A stretch of 64,000 bases of DNA from Candidatus Jacksonbacteria bacterium RIFOXYB2_FULL_44_15. Its GTDB lineage: Bacteria; Patescibacteriota; Patescibacteriia; UBA9629. The DNA is taken from the NCBI GenBank assembly GCA_001818235.1, contig MHJY01000010.1, positions 17,609 through 81,608 of the forward strand, given 5' to 3'. A model generated the notes under the pieces. The model saw only the letters and a list, made by a program, of their open reading frames with translations, was not told where the DNA came from and did not search any database. Positions 9,586 through 19,290 of this stretch are shown here, in pieces. The translations under genes and the position numbers were made by a program. Every line of letters begins with the position of its first letter. The stretch's first letter is position 1.

Positions 9586-10473
9586 ATGGAATATACTTCG
9601 TCCAAACTTCTGCACCAAATTTTTACGCCCCGTCCGGCAATATCGCGTAAATACGACTATGGGCATTTGTTGATTATCGCCGGGAGTAAATTTTACCCCG
9701 GGGCCTCCGGACTGGCATCGCTTGCGGCTTTGCGTTCTGGGGTTGATGTCGTCACTTTAGCCGCGCCAAAACGCGCCGCTGACATCGCCGCCGGCTTTTC
9801 ACCAGCACTCATCACCTATTCACTAGCAGGTGATTTTTTGATGGAACGGCATTTTGATGAAATTTTGACACTGCTTAAAGGGAAAAACGCAATTGCCCTT
9901 GGCCCTGGATTAGGACGTGAAGAAGAAACACTTGAAATCGTTCGACAAATAGTTAAATCAACTGACTTACCGACAGTCATTGATGCGGATGCCATCTATG
10001 CCTTCGGCAAGAAACAAGATACAAGAAACAAGAAACAAACAATCTTCACCCCACATGCCCGCGAATTTAAAGCTTTGACTGATATTGATGTCACTGCGCT
10101 GGAAATTAACGCGAAAACAGAAGTTGTAAAAAAAACTGCTAAAAAATTAGGCGCGGTTATCTTACTAAAAGGACCGACTGACATTATAAGTGACGGTACA
10201 GAAGTTTATCTCAACAAAACCGGCTCGCCGTATATGACGAGCGGCGGTACCGGTGATGTCTTGTGCGGTATGGTTGGCGCTCTGGCCGCGCGCTTGCACG
10301 CGCAAGCCATTTACAATGGCCAGACAGTTGATTTGGCTAAAATCAGCTACACCGCCGCTTGCGCCGGCGCCTACCTCTCTGGAAAAGCTGGTGAACTCGC
10401 CGCGAAAAAGTATAAAGACAGTTTGATCGCCACTGATGTGATTGAGGAGATTCGTAGAGTCATCGTAAGGTAA
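9586..10473 (+). CDS. nnrD: ADP-dependent NAD(P)H-hydrate dehydratase
   Basis: KYDYGHLLIIAGS, GPGLG, VIDADA, TPHAREF, GGTGDVL. Confidence 0.92.
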   Translation: MEYTSSKLLHQIFTPRPAISRKYDYGHLLIIAGSKFYPGASGLASLAALRSGVDVVTLAAPKRAADIAAGFSPALITYSLAGDFLMERHFDEILTLLKGKNAIALGPGLGREEETLEIVRQIVKSTDLPTVIDADAIYAFGKKQDTRNKKQTIFTPHAREFKALTDIDVTALEINAKTEVVKKTAKKLGAVILLKGPTDIISDGTEVYLNKTGSPYMTSGGTGDVLCGMVGALAARLHAQAIYNGQTVDLAKISYTAACAGAYLSGKAGELAAKKYKDSLIATDVIEEIRRVIVR

Positions 10474-10483
10474 CGTTATTCTG

Positions 10484-10600
10484 ACCTGGTTAGCTTGTCC
10501 CTCCAATTTGGCGGGCAAGCTAACCAGGTCAAAGTCTATCTACAAGAAAAAACCTGGTTAGTTTACCCGCCGCATTAGTGGGTTTGCTAACCAGGTTTTA
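10484..10600. repeat. Two tandem ACCTGGTTA...TAACCAGGT hairpin elements
   Basis: Inverted repeats at about 10484-10529 and 10548-10599; a shorter copy at 54841-54869. Confidence 0.7.
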
Positions 10601-10669
10601 ATTTTGGTTTAAATGGAATGACTCTCGCTTTCCCCTCCTTACGAAGGAGGGGTTAGGGGAGGTTTATGT

Positions 10670-11878
10670 CTATATCTCCTCCTCCACCAAAACTTTTTCA
10701 ACTTCGTTCAACTCTTTTACAAGCGCCTTTCGCCTAAACACAAACTGACGCGACTGTTGTTCTTTTTGATTATAAAGCCAACCATGCTCAATCGGCAGTT
10801 GACCTTGATCAAGCGCCGCAAAATATCGGCTGATTGATTCGGCATTATGATATTCATACGTCTTTCCATATGAATACGCGCACCAGCCGAATCCAATCAG
10901 AGACACTTGCTCAATCCAGCGGTCTTGATAAACTCGCGGCTGGAATCCTGGCTTTGAATACCAACCAATCGGTCCCTCGACATAGCCAGAATGTTCAAGA
11001 ATTCTCCGCCCTACGATTTGCATCACATAAGTCTCTACCTGTGATGGAAACTCATCTGGATGTTGCTGATAATATCGCGACAACTGACTGTTGAGATCCC
11101 CTCGCCCCAGACGCAGGCGATAAAGAGTTATATTTGTTGGTCGCAAAGTAGCGACGCTTTGCACATCCTCGGCAAACTTTTCGACACTTTGACGCGGGAA
11201 ACCGTAAATCAGGTCAACATTGACCGACCGAAAATCGGCACTGATTAATCTTTTAACCGTATCTATTGCTTGAGCTACGGTATCCTGCCGCCCGAGCCAC
11301 TTTAAATAAACATCATCTAAAACCTGCACTCCGACACTAGCTCTTGTCACTCCCGCCAACTTGGCACATTCGACCTTTTCCGGCGTCCATCCTTCCGGCG
11401 AGCCCTCAAATGTGATTTCGACGTTATCAACTAGCCGAAAATGCTCTCGAAAATATCTCAAGAGTTTTTGAATCTGGGCTATTGACATTAATGTCGGTGT
11501 GCCACCGCCGATGTATAAAGAGGTGACCATTTTATCTCTAACCTCCGGCACCTGCTCTAAAAGAAGATTAGCTTCCCTCATCAATCCCTCAACAAAGCGA
11601 CCAACATCGCCGCCGACCACCACCGGATAGTGGCAGTAGCGACAACGTCTTGAGCACACGGGCATGTGTGCATATAGACTCACCCTCTTCTCAATGCGAA
11701 GCTGCTCTCGTACAGCCACGACGATTTCTTTTCCCTTGACTCTCTCGCCGGTTTCAAACCCCACCTTAAAACCATATTGGTCTGGTGTCCGCTGAAATCT
11801 AGTCGGATTTTGATGCACCACCGGCATCACCTGGCTTTGTACAAACTCACGAGCTTCTTTAATTAGTTTATCCATCAT
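10670..11878 (-). CDS. HemN/HemW-like radical SAM enzyme
   Basis: LYAHMPVCSRRCRYC (CxxxCxxC), YIGGGTPT, RASVGVQ, NVDLIYGFPRQ; AAGGAG RBS. Confidence 0.88.
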   Translation of the reverse strand: MMDKLIKEAREFVQSQVMPVVHQNPTRFQRTPDQYGFKVGFETGERVKGKEIVVAVREQLRIEKRVSLYAHMPVCSRRCRYCHYPVVVGGDVGRFVEGLMREANLLLEQVPEVRDKMVTSLYIGGGTPTLMSIAQIQKLLRYFREHFRLVDNVEITFEGSPEGWTPEKVECAKLAGVTRASVGVQVLDDVYLKWLGRQDTVAQAIDTVKRLISADFRSVNVDLIYGFPRQSVEKFAEDVQSVATLRPTNITLYRLRLGRGDLNSQLSRYYQQHPDEFPSQVETYVMQIVGRRILEHSGYVEGPIGWYSKPGFQPRVYQDRWIEQVSLIGFGWCAYSYGKTYEYHNAESISRYFAALDQGQLPIEHGWLYNQKEQQSRQFVFRRKALVKELNEVEKVLVEEEI

Positions 11879-11888
11879 TAAAACTCCT

Positions 11889-11927
11889 TGTCATTCTCGC
11901 GAAAGCGGGAATCTATATCAATAGTTC
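11889..11927. repeat. REP-like half element abutting the RBS of the radical SAM gene
   Basis: TGTCATTCTCGCGAAAGCGGGAATCT; matches the reverse complement of 210-247. Confidence 0.75.
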
Positions 11928-12009
11928 AACCAGCATTCTTGTCCTCCCATTGAGAACACCATATTATACACCTCTCAAAACAATTGCCAACTAAATTATA
12001 CAAATAGAT

Positions 12010-12044
12010 ATACCTAATACCTAATACTTAATACCTGATACTTA
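12010..12044. repeat. Heptamer tandem repeat ATAC(C/T)T(A/G) x5
   Basis: Read directly from the sequence. Confidence 0.85.
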
Positions 12045-12114
12045 AACAGCTCTTACTATAGCCAAATTTGACACAGTAACAAAAATCATCTATGCTCAAT
12101 TCAGTTGTCAAAAA

Positions 12115-12879
12115 ATGACGACAATATCAAAAAAAATGACCGAATCAATTAAAACCTTAGCCGAATTCGGCCTCACCCCCAATCAAACCAAAGTTTATTT
12201 GGCACTCCTTGAATTAGGCGAAGCCAGGGTGCAAGATATAGCTAAAAGAGCTCAAGTCCTGCGAACTACTACTTACGAGGTTTTAGAACAGCTCAAACAA
12301 ATCGGCATCATCAGCCAATACAACCGACAGAATATTCGAATTTACTTTGCGGAACCGCCAAGTTCTTTGGAGCAAATTTTGGAGACTAAAAAAAAAGCAA
12401 TCCAAAAAATCCTGCCGCAACTTGAATCCGTTTATAATATCAGTGACTTTAAGCCTAAAATAAGATACTATGAAGGGGTTAAAGGGTACAAAATTGTTTA
12501 TGAAGATACTTTAACCTGCCAAGAAAAACATTTGCGCGCCATCTTGTCGATGCAGGACATGTTTGAAAAAATGGGCGAGCAATATATGGAAAATTACATT
12601 AAAAAACGCGCTACCACTGGTATCAATCTTAATGTCATTCGAATCGGCCCGCACGAAGTCAAACCGATTTGGCCGGAAAGCCGCGAAGAATTGCGCGCCG
12701 TCCGCTTTGCGCCAGAGAACTTTGTTTTTCCTTTAACGATGTATATTTACGATAATAAAGTCAGTTTAATGTCCACCAAACGTGAAAATTTTAGTTTAAT
12801 CATCGAGTCCAAAGAATTTATGCAGACTCAGAAAGCCTTATTCGAAATTTTGTGGCAAGTATCCACGAAATCAAAATGA
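12115..12879 (+). CDS. TrmB-family transcriptional regulator (wHTH + effector domain)
   Basis: LAEFGLTPNQTKVYLALLELG, RTTTYEVL, PKIRYYEG, IYDNKV. Confidence 0.88.
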   Translation: MTTISKKMTESIKTLAEFGLTPNQTKVYLALLELGEARVQDIAKRAQVLRTTTYEVLEQLKQIGIISQYNRQNIRIYFAEPPSSLEQILETKKKAIQKILPQLESVYNISDFKPKIRYYEGVKGYKIVYEDTLTCQEKHLRAILSMQDMFEKMGEQYMENYIKKRATTGINLNVIRIGPHEVKPIWPESREELRAVRFAPENFVFPLTMYIYDNKVSLMSTKRENFSLIIESKEFMQTQKALFEILWQVSTKSK

Positions 12880-13991
12880 CAATTATGACGATCGGCGTCG
12901 AGGCAACCAAAGCGTTTGAAGAGAAAAAGACTGGCGTGGGCTGGTACACGTTTTATATTACGAGCGAATTAATACGTTTAGTGCGTCCGGAAGATGAACT
13001 GCAGGTATATATAAATCCGGCCCAAATTTCAAATTTTAAATTTCAAATTTCTAAACAATGTAACAATGTAACAATGAAGCCATTATCTTGGTGGCCGAGA
13101 AAATTCTGGACTCAAATACGCTTGAGTTACGAAATGCTAACACAGCCCCCGGACGTGTTGTTTATTCCGGCGCATTTGCCGCCGCTCTGCCACCCCAAAA
13201 AATTAGTTGTGACGATTCACGACCTCGCTTTCAAGCAATATCCAGAAGTCTATTCGACGAAAGAGCTTCGCTTGCAGAAATGGGGGATTAAGCAGGTTTT
13301 AAAAAAAGCCTGGCGAATAATTGTGCCGAGCCAGTTTACAAAAGATGAGATTGTTAAGTATTATCCGGATTTAGCTAGTGATAACATCTTTGTCGTGCCG
13401 CACGGCGTAGATCATGATAAATTTAAAACTAAAAACTTAAAACTAAAAACTAAAGAAAATACTATTTTATATATCGGAAGACTTGAACATAAAAAAAATC
13501 TTATCCCTCTTGTTAAAGCGTTTAACCTTATCAATAATTTAAAATTAGAAATTAAAAATTTAAAATTAATTTTAGTCGGCTCTCCCGGCTTCGGCTATGC
13601 TGACATCAAACGCGAAATTGACGCATCACCATACAAGAGCAACATTCACCAGCTCGGCTGGATTGATCGTGACGGCCTAGTTGATCAACTAAATCAAGCC
13701 AGCCTCTTTGTCCTGCCGTCACTTTATGAGGGCTTTGGCCTGCCGCTTTTGGAAGCCATGGCCTGCGGTACTGCTGTAGCTTGTAGTGATATCCCGTCGC
13801 TTAAAGAAGTGGGCGCAGATGTTCCGTTATATTTTAACGCAAATGATCCCCAGGATATCGCCCAAAAAATTATCCTGCTTTTAACCGACGAGGCTCTGCG
13901 AAGGCAAAAAATCAATCAGGGATTAAAGCGCGCGAGCGAGTATACCTGGCAAGCCACCGCCCAAAAAACTTGGCAAGTACTAACTACTTAA
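12876..13991 (+). CDS. Glycosyltransferase family 4
   Basis: VVTIHDL, IGRLEHKKN, PSLYEGFGLPLLEAMACG; ATGA overlap with the upstream stop. Confidence 0.93.
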   Translation: MTIMTIGVEATKAFEEKKTGVGWYTFYITSELIRLVRPEDELQVYINPAQISNFKFQISKQCNNVTMKPLSWWPRKFWTQIRLSYEMLTQPPDVLFIPAHLPPLCHPKKLVVTIHDLAFKQYPEVYSTKELRLQKWGIKQVLKKAWRIIVPSQFTKDEIVKYYPDLASDNIFVVPHGVDHDKFKTKNLKLKTKENTILYIGRLEHKKNLIPLVKAFNLINNLKLEIKNLKLILVGSPGFGYADIKREIDASPYKSNIHQLGWIDRDGLVDQLNQASLFVLPSLYEGFGLPLLEAMACGTAVACSDIPSLKEVGADVPLYFNANDPQDIAQKIILLLTDEALRRQKINQGLKRASEYTWQATAQKTWQVLTT

Positions 13992-13995
13992 AATT

Positions 13996-14865
13996 ATGAT
14001 AGCATTTTTGATTGGCTTAATCTTCGCAATTATGACCCCGCTTGCGGCCCACGCCGAGCTCCTGCCGCCGCCCAGTTTAGAATTTACTGTTACTTACAAC
14101 AACGAGTCGCTCAACCAAAAAAATGTTAACCTGGCGCTTTTAGCTTGCCGCGGAGCTTGGTCTGAAATCACCAATAATATTGATTTGACTCATCTTAACA
14201 TCCCCGATGCCTCAGGGCGCTGCAGCTGGATTAATGAGCCTGCTGATGACGACTTTTGCTGGACCAAGCCTTGTTTGCCAAAACCGCTCACCAGCCGCGG
14301 GCCGTATAAACTTGCTATTCAGTACCAACCGCTTTCAAATCAAATTTTTCTGGACGATCTGCCCTTTGATGATCCTGATGATCGCGCGTTGACCTTGCGT
14401 TACCAAATCAACTTAAAGCCCGAAAGCCTTGCCGAGATTATCTTCAAAGACAGAACCAGCTACGAACAGTACTCACAAGAAGCGAGTCGAAATCAGCCGC
14501 AAATTGCCTCCCAAGTGCAAAGTCGCCGTTTTAGCGCCTTTGCCATCTTGCTCTTAGCGACGATTGTCATTGAATCATGCCTTTTTTTACTATTTCGCGG
14601 ACAGCTGAAGCTTAAACGCAAAACCCTATTCTTGATACCGATTATTAATTTAGTCTCTTTCCCTTTATTTTTCTTTATCTTATTGAAATCACGAATTAAT
14701 ATTTATTGGTCAGAAACGATTGTTACGACGCTTGAAGGAATAATGCTCTACCCGTCAATCGCCAAATACACACGACAAGCGCCTTTAACTAAAGCCATTT
14801 TGACTTCATTGATACTCAACGCCGGCAGCTTTTTGATCGGGCTTTTGATTTATTGGTTAGTTTAG
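13996..14865 (+). CDS. Hypothetical membrane protein (signal peptide, extracellular domain, about 4 C-terminal TMs)
   Basis: AxA signal peptide and hydrophobic C-terminal half. Confidence 0.7.
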   Translation: MIAFLIGLIFAIMTPLAAHAELLPPPSLEFTVTYNNESLNQKNVNLALLACRGAWSEITNNIDLTHLNIPDASGRCSWINEPADDDFCWTKPCLPKPLTSRGPYKLAIQYQPLSNQIFLDDLPFDDPDDRALTLRYQINLKPESLAEIIFKDRTSYEQYSQEASRNQPQIASQVQSRRFSAFAILLLATIVIESCLFLLFRGQLKLKRKTLFLIPIINLVSFPLFFFILLKSRINIYWSETIVTTLEGIMLYPSIAKYTRQAPLTKAILTSLILNAGSFLIGLLIYWLV

Positions 14866-14889
14866 GTTCAGTCTATTTTTGCATCGCAT

Positions 14890-16191
14890 ATGCCTTTTTA
14901 CTACTTAATCCCTCCCCTACTATTGCTCGCTTATTTAACTTACCGCCATACTTCATGGGGCATTTATGGAATCTTGGCAACCATTCAGGGTTATCTGATA
15001 CGCACCGAGATCTGGATTATACCAACCACTTGGCTGGAACTGGCAATTTACACAATTGCTCTAGTGAGCCTCATTAAACACCTTCGCGAAGAAACTCTAG
15101 AAACGCATTGGTATTACGCACTGCATCTAGTTCGCCCGTATATCATACCGGTGATTGTTTTGATTGTCTCGATGCTCATCTCGATAATTATCTCTGACAA
15201 TCAATTAGCTGCTTTAGGCATTTTTAAAGCATGGCTGGTTGATCCGTTGCTTTTTTGTTTAATATTTCTTGATGCAATCAAACCAGAACAAAAACGGCAG
15301 ATCATGTTTTTTTTGACCGTTTCGACCTGGCCGATTATGCTGTATGGATTTTGGGAATATGTTAAAAATACTGATCAAATCATCCCTGGCCGATTAGACA
15401 GCTTCTTTAACTCGCCTAATTTTGTCGCGATGTATCTAGTCCCGCTGGTTGTTTTGATTCTTGGTTTTTTGATTCTCTCACGCCGCCATCGCCATTCGCC
15501 TGCTGATCAAATAACCGGTTTTGGGAAACTCCAGACAATTTATTACTTCTGCTGGCTCGGAGTAGCGCTTTTGACGCTGTTGCTGACCAAATCGTTCGGC
15601 GGCTGGCTGGCACTAGCTTTGGGTCTTGCATTCCTCTTCCTTTTCATTCCAAAGTTTAATTTAAAAAAAATGCTGACTGCATCGATCGTCCTAATAATCA
15701 GCTTAACTCTGGGTTGGTTTGTATATCAAAAATCCATCTCCCATTATGATTCTTTCTGGCGCACAAATTCTTGGCAAACACGGCAAGCAATCTGGATTAA
15801 TTCGTTAAAACTTCTGGTTCGCGATCCTATACTGGGCGTTGGTTTAGCAGACTTCCAACCGGCCTATCAAAATTTCGTTACTCAACTGCCAAAAAACCAA
15901 CAACCGGCCGAATCCTCGGTGCCAGAACCGCACAATTTATACTTAGCTTGGTGGTTGCAAACAGGATTACTTGGCCTCGTAGCTTTCTTTTGGCTGATTT
16001 TGATCTTCTACTTAAAAAACTTAGATAACTATTTTAAAAAAAGCTTAGTCTTGACGATACCCGCGTTGGCCGCTCTGTTTGCCATTCTGGCTCACGGGCT
16101 TGTTGATACACCGTATTTTAAAAATGATCTATCGCTTTTATTCTGGATTTTGTTGATTTTTAATCTGCCGCAAACGCAAAATTCCAAATAA
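14890..16191 (+). CDS. O-antigen ligase-family (Wzy_C) membrane protein
   Basis: Multi-TM; R..S.F..PN, TKSFGG, R..IW, PILGVGL..F, PHNLYL, HGLVD. Confidence 0.85.
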   Translation: MPFYYLIPPLLLLAYLTYRHTSWGIYGILATIQGYLIRTEIWIIPTTWLELAIYTIALVSLIKHLREETLETHWYYALHLVRPYIIPVIVLIVSMLISIIISDNQLAALGIFKAWLVDPLLFCLIFLDAIKPEQKRQIMFFLTVSTWPIMLYGFWEYVKNTDQIIPGRLDSFFNSPNFVAMYLVPLVVLILGFLILSRRHRHSPADQITGFGKLQTIYYFCWLGVALLTLLLTKSFGGWLALALGLAFLFLFIPKFNLKKMLTASIVLIISLTLGWFVYQKSISHYDSFWRTNSWQTRQAIWINSLKLLVRDPILGVGLADFQPAYQNFVTQLPKNQQPAESSVPEPHNLYLAWWLQTGLLGLVAFFWLILIFYLKNLDNYFKKSLVLTIPALAALFAILAHGLVDTPYFKNDLSLLFWILLIFNLPQTQNSK

Positions 16192-16302
16192 TTGAGCTTT
16201 GATATTTGACTCTGTATCAACCTTATAATAAAAATTCCCCGTCCGGTAATAGGATAGGGAATTTTTGTATCTAGAAAAAATTATTTCTTCGAAGAAATTT
16301 TT

Positions 16303-16578
16303 TTATCTCACTGCTTCCTTCAAAGCCTTGCCTGGTTTAAATTTCGGTACTTTCATTGCCGGAATCTGGATTTTTTGGGTCGGATTCTGGGGATTGACAC
16401 CAACACGGGCTTTCCTGTGGCTAACGCTAAATGTTCCGAATCCAGTTAAGGTGACTTCTCCGCCACTTTTAAGGGTACCGGTAATTTCGTCAACAATTAA
16501 ATTAATCGCTTTTTCACCACCAGCTTTGGTAGTTTCTAAAGCTTCAGAAATTTTTTGTGCTAAATCGGCTTTCGTCAT
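16303..16578 (-). CDS. hup: DNA-binding protein HU
   Basis: MTKADL, GFGTF, RVGVNPQ, PKFKPGKALK. Confidence 0.96.
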   Translation of the reverse strand: MTKADLAQKISEALETTKAGGEKAINLIVDEITGTLKSGGEVTLTGFGTFSVSHRKARVGVNPQNPTQKIQIPAMKVPKFKPGKALKEAVR

Positions 16579-16582
16579 AGTA

Positions 16583-17383
16583 TCACCTCCCTTCTATAAT
16601 CATATCTATCCGCTTAATTTGAATAGACTGATGGTTCTTAAGTTTGGCTAAAACACTATTAAAAACTATATCGCCTGTTTCTACCATTTTATGCTTTACC
16701 GGCAGTTGTGTCAAGAATGCCTCTATAATTTCATCTTTTTGGACTCCGAGGATACTATCCTTAGGACCGACCATCCCCACGTCCGTCACGTAACCCAACT
16801 TATGTTTTGACAGTAGTTCGGCGTCAGCGGTGGGAATATGCGTATGCGTGCCAACTACCAGTGATGCTCGCCCAGCCGCATACCAGGCAAAAGCCACTTT
16901 TTCAGACGTCGCTTCCGCGTGAAAATCTACAATCACCTCATCATGCTTTGGCGCTTCCTTAAGAATTTCATCAAATTTTCGAAATGGGTCATCATAATCC
17001 AGCTTCATAAAAACTCGGCCAATCAAGTTTATGAGCAACACTTTCTTAGTTTTTACCTTTATAATGCAATAACCTCGGCCAGGCACGTTAGGCGGATAAT
17101 TGGCTGGGCGGATAATTTGATTCTTCGCTTCAGCCAAGAGCTCTTTGCCCTCAGGTTGGGCCCACACATGATTTCCGGTCGTGAAAGCATCAATGCCGAT
17201 ATTTTGAATTTCGGCTAAAGTTCCTTTGGTAATGCCTTTACCATGGGCCAAATTCTCGATGTTGGCAATCACCAAATCCAAACTCTCCTGCTTGCGCAAT
17301 TTTGCCACCACCTGTTGCACCGCCCGGCGACCAAGTTGGCTGACTATATCACCGATGAATAAAACATTTAAAGTACCAGCCAT
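16583..17383 (-). CDS. ymdB: YmdB-family metallophosphoesterase (TIGR00282-like)
   Basis: LFIGDIV, TTGNH, RPANYP, DFHAEATSEK, GTHTH; follows rny. Confidence 0.93.
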   Translation of the reverse strand: MAGTLNVLFIGDIVSQLGRRAVQQVVAKLRKQESLDLVIANIENLAHGKGITKGTLAEIQNIGIDAFTTGNHVWAQPEGKELLAEAKNQIIRPANYPPNVPGRGYCIIKVKTKKVLLINLIGRVFMKLDYDDPFRKFDEILKEAPKHDEVIVDFHAEATSEKVAFAWYAAGRASLVVGTHTHIPTADAELLSKHKLGYVTDVGMVGPKDSILGVQKDEIIEAFLTQLPVKHKMVETGDIVFNSVLAKLKNHQSIQIKRIDMIIEGR

Positions 17384-17401
17384 AAATGACTATTTACGAA
17401 T

Positions 17402-18916
17402 CTAGCGAGCATATTCATCCACTCGAGTCTCGCGAATAACTGTGACTTTTATCTCGCCTGGATAAGTCATCTCCCGCTCGATGCGATCAGCGATATCGCG
17501 CGCCAGTTTTAATGCCTCTAAATCGCCGATCTCTTGCGGGGTAACGAAAACGCGAACTTCCCGACCGGCATAAATGGCGTAAGCATGCTCGACTCCTTTA
17601 AATTGCCGCGCTGTATCTTCCAGCTCTTTTAACCGTTGAATGTAATGCTCGTAAGTGTCTTTTCTGGCTCCTGGACGCGAACCGGAGATGGCATCAGATA
17701 CTTTATTGATGATTCCTTCCAGACTTTTTGGCCCATCTTGATGATGTGACAACGCCAAATAGGCAATCTCTTCCGGCAGGTTAAACTTTTTCATTATCTC
17801 GTATCCAATTTCCGGATGTGAACCCTGAACTTCGTGATCAACCGCTTTGCCGATATCGTGGAGTAATCCGCCTTTAGCGCAGATGGACACGTCAGCGCCC
17901 AATTCCTCGGCCAACATCTTTGATATTAACGCGACTTCAATTGAATGTTGTAAAACATTTTGGCCATAACTGGTCCGGTATTTTAACCGGCCTAAAATAC
18001 GGATTAATTTTGGATCTAAACCAACTACTCCGGCCTGATAAGCGGCCTCTTCGCCGGCCTTGCGAATATCGTTGGCCAATTCAACTTTAGCTTCTTTGAT
18101 GGTTTCCTCAATCCGTCCCGGGTGAATCCGGCCGTCTAAAATTAATTTTTCCAGAGCAATCCGGCAAACGTGCCGGCGGATCGGATTAAATCCAGAAATC
18201 CAGATGGTATCCGGCGTTTCGTCAATCACGATTTCGGTGCCGGTCAACCGCTCCATCGTTTTAATATTGCGGCCTTCTTTACCGATGATTCTCCCTTTCA
18301 TTTCCTCGGTCGGGATAGTTACGGCCGTAATCGTTGTCTCTTGGGCAACAGCCGAAGCTACTCTCTGCATCGCCACCGCCAACAAACTTCTTGATTTGCG
18401 GTCAACTTCGTCAGAGGACTGCCCTTCCATCTTGCGGATTCTGGCCGCCAGTTCATCACGGATCCGATCCTCGGTGTTTTTAAACAAAACTTCCTTCGCC
18501 TCGTCAATGGTTAACCCCGCGATCTTTTCAAGTTTCTCCAGTTGCTGAGTTTTTATTTGGGTTACCTTTTCCTTTAGTTCTTCAATTTTTTTAACCCGAT
18601 CTGCGTACTGCTCTTTTGATCGTTCCAATTCCAAAAATTTTGCATCAAATGTTTCTTCGCGATTTTCCAAGCGCTGCTGGCGTTTGCGCAATTCATCTTT
18701 GGTTTCCGTTTCCTCGCGCTTAGCTTCTTCTATAATTTGTAAAGCCTTTTCCTTACCCTGAATAGTTAACTCTTTTTCCTTATCCTTGGCTTTCTCGATA
18801 ATGTCTTTCGCGCGCCGCTCAACATTTTGCGCGTATTTGGTAGCTAAAAAAAGTCGCAGAAAGTAGCCGATTAGAATCCCGGCTACCACTGCGGTTAATA
18901 CCGCTGCTAGCAACAT
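17402..18916 (-). CDS. rny: Ribonuclease Y
   Basis: N-terminal TM, coiled coil, KH (KGRIIGKEGRN), HD (LLHDIGK). Confidence 0.97.
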   Translation of the reverse strand: MLLAAVLTAVVAGILIGYFLRLFLATKYAQNVERRAKDIIEKAKDKEKELTIQGKEKALQIIEEAKREETETKDELRKRQQRLENREETFDAKFLELERSKEQYADRVKKIEELKEKVTQIKTQQLEKLEKIAGLTIDEAKEVLFKNTEDRIRDELAARIRKMEGQSSDEVDRKSRSLLAVAMQRVASAVAQETTITAVTIPTEEMKGRIIGKEGRNIKTMERLTGTEIVIDETPDTIWISGFNPIRRHVCRIALEKLILDGRIHPGRIEETIKEAKVELANDIRKAGEEAAYQAGVVGLDPKLIRILGRLKYRTSYGQNVLQHSIEVALISKMLAEELGADVSICAKGGLLHDIGKAVDHEVQGSHPEIGYEIMKKFNLPEEIAYLALSHHQDGPKSLEGIINKVSDAISGSRPGARKDTYEHYIQRLKELEDTARQFKGVEHAYAIYAGREVRVFVTPQEIGDLEALKLARDIADRIEREMTYPGEIKVTVIRETRVDEYAR

Positions 18917-18930
18917 AACCTTGTCAAAAA

Positions 18931-19214
18931 CATATCTTAATTAGACTAATACTCTCTTGGTGCTGACGTTGAAGGGTAAACAAAAAATCCTATTGGACGC
19001 AATAAGTGTAGAATGAGTTCTTGATAAATAATAATAGGTTTATAAGAGGCAAGGATGCGCGACAGGCAATACCATCCTGTCGAATATTTGAGACCATAAG
19101 GCAAAAATAAACCAATAAACTCATCTCTACGCCGAATTAACTTAATCATCTGATTCCGTTACTAGCGACCATGATGCGTAGAGGAACTAAAAGATTACCC
19201 TAATTAAGAATATG
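18931..19214 (-). ncRNA. Structured leader upstream of rny; candidate 6S RNA
   Basis: Closing helix 18931-18944/19200-19214; nested helices 19006-19019/19118-19132, 19037-43/19107-13 and 19060-66/19076-82; 6S-rny synteny is known in other bacteria. Confidence 0.35.
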
Positions 19215-19237
19215 GTTTTAAATTAATTAATAATTTG

Positions 19238-19266
19238 AGTTTAGCAGGTTTAATTTAAAAAGTCAA
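19238..19266 (-). promoter_or_regulatory. Sigma70 promoter for the leader RNA/rny operon
   Basis: TTGACT-17 nt-TAAACT with extended TG. Confidence 0.6.
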
Positions 19267-19290
19267 AAAAACCTTAATTTAAGCGATGAA

